Shown here: in pieces, positions 56,561 through 64,000 of the stretch | Layout: every line of letters begins with the position of its first letter | How positions within the stretch are numbered: the first letter of the stretch is position 1 | Source of the DNA: Candidatus Falkowbacteria bacterium HGW-Falkowbacteria-1 | GTDB taxonomy: Bacteria > Patescibacteriota > Patescibacteriia > Patescibacteriales > UBA12465 | DNA: 64,000 nucleotides | Reading direction: 5' to 3' | Assembly: GCA_002840305.1 (NCBI GenBank) | Contig: PHAI01000002.1 | Coordinates: 202,707 to 266,706 of the forward strand | Made by a program: the position numbers and the translations under genes | The notes under the pieces: generated by a model | What the model was told of the DNA's origin: nothing | What the model saw: the letters and a program-made list of their open reading frames with translations, nothing else | The model's database searches: none

Positions 56561-57685
56561 TTAAAGATTATTAAATATTTTTAAATATTCCTCAGCGGTG
56601 TTTTGCCAAGAAAATATTTTAACTCGCTCACGCCCTCTTTCTATTAGCTTATTTCTTAAAAGCTTATCAGTCAAAGAAATCATCATGGCATCTGCCAATT
56701 CTAATTCCTTGTCAGAATTGACCAACAGGGCCGCGTTTGATAAAACCTCTGGCAAACTGGAGGAATTGCTTGAAATGACTGGTACACCGAAATGCATGGC
56801 CTCCAAGGGTGGGAAGCCAAATCCTTCATAAAAAGATGGGTAAACAAAAAGCTTGGCATTCTTATAAAAAATCGATTTTTCTTCCTCTATTAAATAACCG
56901 ATAAACTTAATATCTTGTTTGTATTTTGATTTGCCCCATTCTTTTCTAATGTCATCGGTTTTCCACCCCCAAGAACCAACTAAAACTAACAAAACATCAA
57001 TTCCGCTGTCTCTAAGATGGTTATATGCTCTCATCAGGCCAGAAATATTTTTTCTGGGTTCAATCGTTCCTAAATATAATACATAATCTCTGTCTATGCC
57101 ATATTTTTGAAACAAATAATCAACAGACTCATTCAATGTGTCATTCGACAGGTCATCTGATATACCAGGATAAACAACCGAAATTTTATCTTCCTCTATT
57201 TTCATTAATTCGACTAAGTCATTTTTGGTGTTTTGAGAAACAGCTACTATTCTGTCAAATTTTTTTAAATTCTTCTTTATATTTAAAGCTTTATGCCAAA
57301 AATTCTTTCTTCGACTAAAAAACTCCGGATAACGCAAGAACGACAGGTCGTGGACGGTTATAACTTTCTTTGTTTTATTAGACAAAGAGGCAAAATTGAT
57401 ATGTGGCATATAGAAGACGTCAGGACTGCCAAGCAAATTATCAATTTTAGGCCAAGACAATGTTTTTTGCATCAAATAATTAAATATTTTATTGGGATAA
57501 AAAGTTTGTACAGCATTTTTATTGAATAGATCGTTCTTTTCTACCTTCTTAAAAGAATTATAAAAAAAAGAATAAGTATTTAACTTATCTAATTTAAGCA
57601 AACTGCTAAGTAAATTAAAAGTAAAAATAGACACACCGCTATACTGCTTATCCATTAAAACTCTAGTATCTACTCCGATTTTCAT
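56561..57685 (-). CDS. Glycosyltransferase family 4
   Basis: TVHDL, EPRKN, EGFGFPPLEAM. Confidence 0.93.
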   Translation of the reverse strand: MKIGVDTRVLMDKQYSGVSIFTFNLLSSLLKLDKLNTYSFFYNSFKKVEKNDLFNKNAVQTFYPNKIFNYLMQKTLSWPKIDNLLGSPDVFYMPHINFASLSNKTKKVITVHDLSFLRYPEFFSRRKNFWHKALNIKKNLKKFDRIVAVSQNTKNDLVELMKIEEDKISVVYPGISDDLSNDTLNESVDYLFQKYGIDRDYVLYLGTIEPRKNISGLMRAYNHLRDSGIDVLLVLVGSWGWKTDDIRKEWGKSKYKQDIKFIGYLIEEEKSIFYKNAKLFVYPSFYEGFGFPPLEAMHFGVPVISSNSSSLPEVLSNAALLVNSDKELELADAMMISLTDKLLRNKLIERGRERVKIFSWQNTAEEYLKIFNNL

Positions 57686-57701
57686 TATTTTATTATCTTA
57701 A

Positions 57702-58820
57702 TTATTCACTCAATTTGCTTTTTATAAACCTATCAATATTTTCTTTGAATTTATCAAGCGAGAATTTTTTAGAATGCTCTCTTATTTCCAGGCTATTCCA
57801 TCTGTTAACACCGTTTTTTATTTCTGTATAAAATTTTTGTACTATTGGTGATAAGTCCTCTATTGTTTGCTTTTCAAAAAATAGACCAGTCTTGCCTTCA
57901 ACTACCGTTTCTAGTGCGCCACCTTTTTTATAGGCAATAACAGGTCGACCGGAGGCCATAGCCTCCACTTTGGATATACCAAAATCTTCCTCTTGAGGAT
58001 GCAAAAAAGCTAAACACTTACTAAATAGCTCAGCTTTTAGCTCATCGTTAACCCTGCCTAAGAATTCAATATTGGAATGATTCTTGGCTATCTTTTTAAG
58101 TCTTTTCAAGTCAACTCCGTCACCAAAAACTTTCAATTTATAATCGGGACCCAATTTTTTAAAAGTTTCGATTACTAAATCGACTCGCTTATAAGGCGCT
58201 AGGCGACACCCGATTAAAAAATAATCACCCAACTCTTTGGCTATAAAAAACTTATCAATTTCAACCGGTGGATAAATTAATTCAGAATCACGACGATAAT
58301 ATTTTTTTATTCTGCTTTGGACAACTTTTGAATTAGCAATAAAATAATCAACTCTATCAGCCGCCAATCTATCCCAAATTCTCATGCGACTTAAAATCAT
58401 TGAGGCTATTTTTTTCAAAAATTTGTTGTAAGGCAATTCGTTTATATACTGATGGGTATCGCTCCATAAATATCTGGTCGGTGTATGACAATAACAGATG
58501 TGAATCGTTGAAGGCGTCGTTATCACTCCTTTAGCAAAAGAGCTGGTATCAGAAATAACTAAATCATATTCTCTCAGATCAAAAAATTCAACCGCCATCG
58601 GCATAAGAGGAAGATACCATTGGTAAAAACGAACACCGCCAGGCATTCTTTGAATAATAGATGCGTCTATTCTTCTGTTGGGGTATTTACTTTTGATGTT
58701 TTTTTTATCATAAAGCAAGGTGTAAATAGGAGCATCCAAAAACATCTTGGAAAAAATTTCCAAAACTTTTTCGGCTCCTCCATCCTGAGCTAAATGATCA
58801 TGTATCAAGGCGGTTTTCAT
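57702..58820 (-). CDS. Glycosyltransferase family 4
   Basis: GGAEKV, YCHTPTRYLW, EDFGISKVEAMASG. Confidence 0.93.
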   Translation of the reverse strand: MKTALIHDHLAQDGGAEKVLEIFSKMFLDAPIYTLLYDKKNIKSKYPNRRIDASIIQRMPGGVRFYQWYLPLMPMAVEFFDLREYDLVISDTSSFAKGVITTPSTIHICYCHTPTRYLWSDTHQYINELPYNKFLKKIASMILSRMRIWDRLAADRVDYFIANSKVVQSRIKKYYRRDSELIYPPVEIDKFFIAKELGDYFLIGCRLAPYKRVDLVIETFKKLGPDYKLKVFGDGVDLKRLKKIAKNHSNIEFLGRVNDELKAELFSKCLAFLHPQEEDFGISKVEAMASGRPVIAYKKGGALETVVEGKTGLFFEKQTIEDLSPIVQKFYTEIKNGVNRWNSLEIREHSKKFSLDKFKENIDRFIKSKLSE

Positions 58821-58844
58821 ACTAAAAATATAATTAGTCTTAAT

Positions 58845-59663
58845 TTATTTAATTTTTCTTCTCTGCCTCAAGGCTTCATAAATAACAATACCAGCGCTGA
58901 CAGAAACATTCAATGAATCCACGCCCTTAATCATCGGAATTCTGATATTTTCTACTTCCTTTATTTTCCAATCTTTGCTTATTCCAAAAGATTCTGTTCC
59001 GAAAATAATAGCTGAAGCTTTTTTAAAATCAACTTCAAAATGACTTTTTTCACCTTCCAAAGTAGTTACAAAAATTTTAAAATCATTCTTTTTAAGCCAT
59101 AAAAATGTTTCTTTAGCGGAAGACAAAACTAGCGGCATAGAAAAAATAAAACCAGTGCTAGAACGAATGACGTTGGGACTGTATATATCGGTTTTCTGAT
59201 CGTTTAAAATAATTAAATCAACACCAGAAGCATAGGCTGTGCGAATTATAGCTCCCAAATTTCCTGGCTTTTCAACTGACTCCAAGACTAACACCAGGGG
59301 ACTCTTCTTCAACATTACATCCTTAAGTTTTAAAAATTTTTCTTCAAAAACCGCTAGATAACCGTCGGGGTTTTTTTTATAAGAAATTTTTTCGAAAGCC
59401 TTATTGGTTAATTTGTAAGATCTTTGAGCTTTGGCAAAAAAATTTTCAATTTCACTATTGTCTTTATCAAACTCCTCGCAATAAAAAAATTCTTTAATCA
59501 ACCAAGAAGATTTAAGAGCTTCTTCTATTTCCCTTTTACCATCAACTATAAGCAAGCCACTCCTTCTTCTATCCTTTCCGTCCTTAACCAATTTAGCAAT
59601 ATCTTTTAACTTTTGATTAGCAGTACTACTTATTTCAATTATTTTTTCCTCAAATATACTCAT
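58845..59663 (-). CDS. TrmH/SpoU-family RNA methyltransferase
   Basis: EKPGNLGAIIRT, FGTESFG, IPM...SLNVSVS. Confidence 0.93.
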   Translation of the reverse strand: MSIFEEKIIEISSTANQKLKDIAKLVKDGKDRRRSGLLIVDGKREIEEALKSSWLIKEFFYCEEFDKDNSEIENFFAKAQRSYKLTNKAFEKISYKKNPDGYLAVFEEKFLKLKDVMLKKSPLVLVLESVEKPGNLGAIIRTAYASGVDLIILNDQKTDIYSPNVIRSSTGFIFSMPLVLSSAKETFLWLKKNDFKIFVTTLEGEKSHFEVDFKKASAIIFGTESFGISKDWKIKEVENIRIPMIKGVDSLNVSVSAGIVIYEALRQRRKIK

Positions 59664-59678
59664 AATAAATATTAAGAT

Positions 59679-61118
59679 TTATTCAGTCTTTCTATTTTTA
59701 ATAACAGCCAATGGGGTTCTGAATAATATTGATAAATCAAGTAATATTGACCAATTTTCTATATAATAAACATCAAGCTTTACTTCCTCTTCAAAAAGAA
59801 GGTCGCTTCTACCTGATATCTGAGCCAAACCGGTAATGCCCGGCTTAACGGTCAAGGTTTTTTTGTGATGTTGTTCATATTTGGCCACTTCTTCTGGCAA
59901 GTGAGGCCTAGGGCCAACCAGGCTCATTCTACCCATAAAGACTAAAAACAATTCTGGTAATTCATCTATGCTCCATCTTCTAATGAATTTACCCACTCTA
60001 GTAATACGAGGATCGTCAGCTATTTTAACCATTGGGCCATCTTGGCGTAAGTTTTTATCAGACAGTTCATTGTAACGCATACTGTCCGTGCCGGGCATCA
60101 TTGATCTAAATTTGAAATATTTAAAAAGTTTTCCTCCTTGCCCGACTCTAAAAACCGGTGAACCATCATCTCTTTTAGAAAAAAATATTGGGCCATGAGA
60201 ATCGATTTTGATAAAAATAATAGCCAGAATAATAATAGGCGATAAAATAATAATTATAATTCCGGAAAGAAAAACATCAAAAAACCTTTTGACTATTCTT
60301 CCCCAACCATCCAAATTTGTTTTTTTGACCTCAACTATCGGCACTCCAGCCATTTCAGAAACTTCAGTTCTTAAAACTTTAACCTCCAAGAGATCGGCCA
60401 CATACCTAAAAACAACGTGATTCTCATTGGCAAAATCATACAAGCGCAATGTTTCTACTTTACTAAGATTGGGGTCGCTTTGAATTATTTCATCAATCAT
60501 ACTCCCTTTTTTCTCATTATCTTTATTGAAATTTTTTATAAATTCATCAAGTTCCTTAGAAGTATCAATAGAAAAATCCCTCACTCTTTTAACGACTTTA
60601 AACCCTGAATATTTTTTATTAAAAAAATCTTTTATTAAATTATCGCCAGTTTTGCTAGAGCCAACTAAAATAACATTTTTAACTCCAACGCCATAAGCAT
60701 ACAAAAGTTTCTGAATCCAATGGACAATGGTTCTGCCTAAAGAAACATAAACAATGGCTAGAACCCAAGCACTTAAAACGATGAATCTAGAATCAAAAAG
60801 TTCTCTTTGAAAAAATATTAAGATAACTATTAAAACAAAACCAGCCGAACAAGCCAAGAATATTCTGTAGATTTCTTGACTTAAACGACGACGATCAAAA
60901 GAATAAAGAGAAGAAATAGCAAAAATAATAACCCACAAGAAGGCCACAAACAAAACAACCTCAAAATAATCAGAAAATGGCAAATTAAAAATAACCGGTC
61001 TTATATCGGTTGTAAATTTGGAAAATCTAATAAAATAAGCAGAAATTCCAGCCAGAACAAACAAAATAAAGTCTAGCGGAACTAAAATAAAAGAAAAAAA
61101 TAATTCTGATTTTTTCAT
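59679..61118 (-). CDS. Polyprenyl glycosylphosphotransferase (WcaJ/CpsE-like)
   Basis: KRFFD, KFRSM, DPRITRVG, DELP, MSLVGPRP, KPGITGLAQ. Confidence 0.95.
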   Translation of the reverse strand: MKKSELFFSFILVPLDFILFVLAGISAYFIRFSKFTTDIRPVIFNLPFSDYFEVVLFVAFLWVIIFAISSLYSFDRRRLSQEIYRIFLACSAGFVLIVILIFFQRELFDSRFIVLSAWVLAIVYVSLGRTIVHWIQKLLYAYGVGVKNVILVGSSKTGDNLIKDFFNKKYSGFKVVKRVRDFSIDTSKELDEFIKNFNKDNEKKGSMIDEIIQSDPNLSKVETLRLYDFANENHVVFRYVADLLEVKVLRTEVSEMAGVPIVEVKKTNLDGWGRIVKRFFDVFLSGIIIIILSPIIILAIIFIKIDSHGPIFFSKRDDGSPVFRVGQGGKLFKYFKFRSMMPGTDSMRYNELSDKNLRQDGPMVKIADDPRITRVGKFIRRWSIDELPELFLVFMGRMSLVGPRPHLPEEVAKYEQHHKKTLTVKPGITGLAQISGRSDLLFEEEVKLDVYYIENWSILLDLSILFRTPLAVIKNRKTE

Positions 61119-61130
61119 AAATATTTAATT

Positions 61131-61506
61131 TAGCTAAATTAAACGATAAGCCGGATTCTGTCGTGGATGGTTATTTATCTAGTCTTAATATTGCTATTAA
61201 GATCTGGCGAGTTACTTTTTACGTATAAATACGCTTTACTCTTGCTCCCTGATAGGGTTTACCATGGCACCTCTGTCACCAGAGGGCAAACGTTGTAGCC
61301 AAATGAAATCAAATAACACCAACGATCTTTTCACCTTTCAACAAATTTCTTTGTCTAGTATTGTCTCTGTGGCACTTTCCCTCGCTTTAAAAGCTGGTGG
61401 GCGTTACCCACTATCATCACGAAGCCTCAAAAAGGCCTCTAGGAGTCCGGACTTTCCTCCCCAATTATGTAAACATAATTGAAGCAACCATCTATTTAAA
61501 TAGCTA
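61131..61506 (-). ncRNA. rnpB: RNase P RNA
   Basis: Minus strand GAGGAAAGTCCGGACTC, AGGGAAAGTGCCACAGA, GGTAAACCC, GAGCAAG, ACAGAATCCGGCTTAT; ends approximate. Confidence 0.93.
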
Positions 61507-61519
61507 TAAGTATATTAAC

Positions 61520-61552
61520 AAAAAGAGGCTTCAAAGTCAATTTGGAGCCTCT
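61520..61552 (-). terminator. Terminator after surface protein gene
   Basis: AGAGGCTTCAAA/TTTGGAGCCTCT. Confidence 0.7.
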
Positions 61553-61572
61553 CATCTAAAATGTCTTGGTTC

Positions 61573-64000
61573 TTAGTTAAACAACATTTTTTTGCTATTA
61601 TAAAGCTGCTTAGCATCAAAATCGTCTATTACTCCCGACCATATACTTATTTCGTCTACATAGCTTGATCCGTTTTCGGAAGAAATAATTATATTTTCAA
61701 TAAACTCATAATCCAACCAATCCCTAGAAACAGTTTTTTTCAAATATCCATCAAGATATATTTTTAATTCAAATTTATAAGAATCATAAACTAATACTAA
61801 GTGATGCCAATTATCATTTAAGAAACCAAGATCTGAAATATCGTCTTCGGCCGTCAAATTTAAATCGTTAAAATAATAATTGAATCTATTATCTAAATTT
61901 ATACCAAAAACATCTTTATTATTACCAACTAACTTTAAATAAAACTGATTAAAAGATAGTGGATCATCCAAGTCTTTGTCGCTATTCTTTTTTAACCATA
62001 ATGACAACGACAAATCTTTGTAATATTCTATCTGCTCCAAAAATCCAGAAACAATAAAGTCATCGCCATCATCACTCAACAAATAATAATTACCCCTGTC
62101 TAAATTTAATTGATTATTATTTAGCACTAACTGACTTGATGAAGCTCTAGGCGCCATGTCGTATAAAATTGTTTTATCCTCCAGTTCTTCTCGTTGATTA
62201 TCGTCAGTATTAAAATAGCTCAAAAGTTCTGGCTTTTTGAATCTTTTGTTGACACAATCAGAGGAATTAAAGGGCAGATTGTAATTATAAAGCTGGTTCA
62301 ACTCTTCTGGAGACAAAGGCTTTTTAAATACCGCCATCTCATCAAAAACAGTATAATTTCCAGTCGCAACCAAAAACAAAGAATCAATATCTGGAAAAAA
62401 ATTTAAACCAATTTCTCCTCTAAAGACTTCTTGCCCGTCATTATAAAGTGCAAAATAATCGGAACCTTTATCCACAACCAAAGCAAATTGATGCCAAATA
62501 TCGTCCACTGGCCACTCCAAATATTCCAATCTGTTAGGAGTATTCGGAAAACCTCTAAATTCAGTGTAATGCCTATAAAGTTGCACCGAAAAATATTGCT
62601 CATTACTTGAATTGTAAAATTTAATCACTGGTCTAGAACTGCTATAAGGTAATTTATAATCAAAAACATAAGTAAACTTATTAGAATCAAGAGCGGAATC
62701 CAAATCAATTTTTATAATATCATTATCTTGATGATGACTAATAGCACAGCCAAACTTACCTTGAACCCAAGAAGCGCTTATATTTTCGACATCACTGTTT
62801 CTGGAAAAATCGTAAAAAAAATCTCCCTGACATTCATCAAAGTGCCATAAATTTAATATATCCTCTGAAATAATAGCTGGGTCTAAACAATAATTATAAA
62901 CATCAAAATTCTCCACTTGGTTTTCTTCTTGGCTTTGCTCATCATCAGCTCCCTCTCCGCCACCTTGTTCTTCTTCGTGGTCAAACTCATAATTATTATC
63001 ACAGACAGTATTATTATAATAGTCGTCCAGACTAAGTGAAACAAAGTCAAAATTATTGTTACAACTATTAAAACTATTACCAAATTCAAAGTCCTCACAA
63101 TTAACGGCCATATCAATAGCCTCCGAATCTTCTTTGGCTTTTCTAATTAAAATATTATTATCTAATATTTCTGGGGCTGGAGAGCCCAAAAAATATTTAG
63201 CATTACCAAAACCAATTTTATCTACAATATCTTCGTCATTATCGCTAGAGAGTACATCGTCAGACAGATAAATAGTATAAGCATCACCAGTAAAAGTAAA
63301 CTCGCTACGGCTAACTATGGCTTGCGACATAGCCTTTATTTCATCCGAAGCAGCCTCTCTGCTTATTAAATACTTGCTATAAGGCTCTATATTTAAGCCA
63401 CCCGGATAAGAAGCATCTGATAAATTACCAAAACGCACTAAAAGAGACGGGGTCACACTAGTTTTAGCTTTGTATAGCCTAAAACCTTTTTCGGCTAAAT
63501 CAATAGTGACGTCATTGGGATTGTATATTTCAATATAATCATCATTTCCAGTAGAATATACCTTGCTAATTAAAAGGGGCAATAAATTATCTTGAATTTC
63601 TTCTTGATCTTCATCTTGATTATTTTCTTGTTCATTGTCTGAACTATTGTTTGTATTATTATTTTCTTGTTCATTATTTTGACTATCATTTTCTATGTCT
63701 TGATTATTATTTTCTGTATTTTGATCATTTGATAAATTTACTAAAACAAAATCAAAAAAATTGTCATTACTATCATAAGAAGGAGCTAATAGAAAATGAC
63801 TACCGCCCTCTTTCATTTTTTCGGCATCTGAATCAATCTTGGCCTTCCTGAGTAAAACATGTTCATCCAAAATTTCCAAAGCTGGTCTTTTTTCAAAATA
63901 ACTCGCGCTACCAAAACCAAGCTTATCTACGATATCCTCATCATTATCACTCGAAACCACTCCGCTGGATAGATAAATAGTATAAGCATCGCCAACAAAA
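61573..64000 (-). CDS. Large acidic surface protein, 3' part: lamin-tail-like repeats plus two LamG-like domains
   Basis: Frame open beyond 63960; ISKVY...DYIEIYNP, repeated YTIYLS...IVDK.GFG, LWHFDE, WHHLVLVYD...IYLDG, DEISIW. Confidence 0.8.
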   Translation of the reverse strand, partial: FVGDAYTIYLSSGVVSSDNDEDIVDKLGFGSASYFEKRPALEILDEHVLLRKAKIDSDAEKMKEGGSHFLLAPSYDSNDNFFDFVLVNLSNDQNTENNNQDIENDSQNNEQENNNTNNSSDNEQENNQDEDQEEIQDNLLPLLISKVYSTGNDDYIEIYNPNDVTIDLAEKGFRLYKAKTSVTPSLLVRFGNLSDASYPGGLNIEPYSKYLISREAASDEIKAMSQAIVSRSEFTFTGDAYTIYLSDDVLSSDNDEDIVDKIGFGNAKYFLGSPAPEILDNNILIRKAKEDSEAIDMAVNCEDFEFGNSFNSCNNNFDFVSLSLDDYYNNTVCDNNYEFDHEEEQGGGEGADDEQSQEENQVENFDVYNYCLDPAIISEDILNLWHFDECQGDFFYDFSRNSDVENISASWVQGKFGCAISHHQDNDIIKIDLDSALDSNKFTYVFDYKLPYSSSRPVIKFYNSSNEQYFSVQLYRHYTEFRGFPNTPNRLEYLEWPVDDIWHQFALVVDKGSDYFALYNDGQEVFRGEIGLNFFPDIDSLFLVATGNYTVFDEMAVFKKPLSPEELNQLYNYNLPFNSSDCVNKRFKKPELLSYFNTDDNQREELEDKTILYDMAPRASSSQLVLNNNQLNLDRGNYYLLSDDGDDFIVSGFLEQIEYYKDLSLSLWLKKNSDKDLDDPLSFNQFYLKLVGNNKDVFGINLDNRFNYYFNDLNLTAEDDISDLGFLNDNWHHLVLVYDSYKFELKIYLDGYLKKTVSRDWLDYEFIENIIISSENGSSYVDEISIWSGVIDDFDAKQLYNSKKMLFN

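Noticed and set aside
61264..61482. 72-aa plus-strand ORF
   Set aside because: Antisense to RNase P RNA
1..64000. CRISPR array, integron, IS element, recoded TGA, and the many short antisense ORFs in the track
   Set aside because: No repeat-spacer pattern, integrase or transposase seen; conserved genes read through without in-frame TGA; the short ORFs are shadows of recognised genes

Overview
AT-rich bacterial chromosome segment with most genes on the minus strand and standard code 11. It looks like a Patescibacteria/CPR (Parcubacteria-like) genome, inferred from the short AlaRS, N-terminally truncated MurF, CPR-type pilin and core genes lacking Shine-Dalgarno sites. Contents: the alpha operon (infA-rpmJ-rpsM-rpsK-rpsD-rpoA-rplQ-rplM), a frameshift-split type IV pilin/lectin-like locus, alaS, a dcw cluster (mraZ to murB) interrupted by inserts, sod, a class I aldolase, dnaE, parAB, a ~17 kb stretch of mostly stand-alone accessory genes (including purA, rdgB and a prs-like gene), tRNA-Leu(CAA), mnmA, glycosyltransferases, RNase P RNA and a partial surface protein. 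No CRISPR array, integrase, transposase or reverse transcriptase was seen. Main leads: (1) a Pro-rich-tailed membrane ORF whose last codons pair with the SD of a downstream outer-membrane-like beta-barrel gene, an arrest-peptide-like layout; (2) a pilin with two lectin-like modules, each entered through a frame break at an identical 99-bp repeat; (3) RpoA without an alpha-CTD; (4) an unannotated HiPIP-like mini-protein; (5) a kinase ORF overprinted antisense on a tRNA and its terminator. All functional calls come from motif recognition by eye, not database searches.
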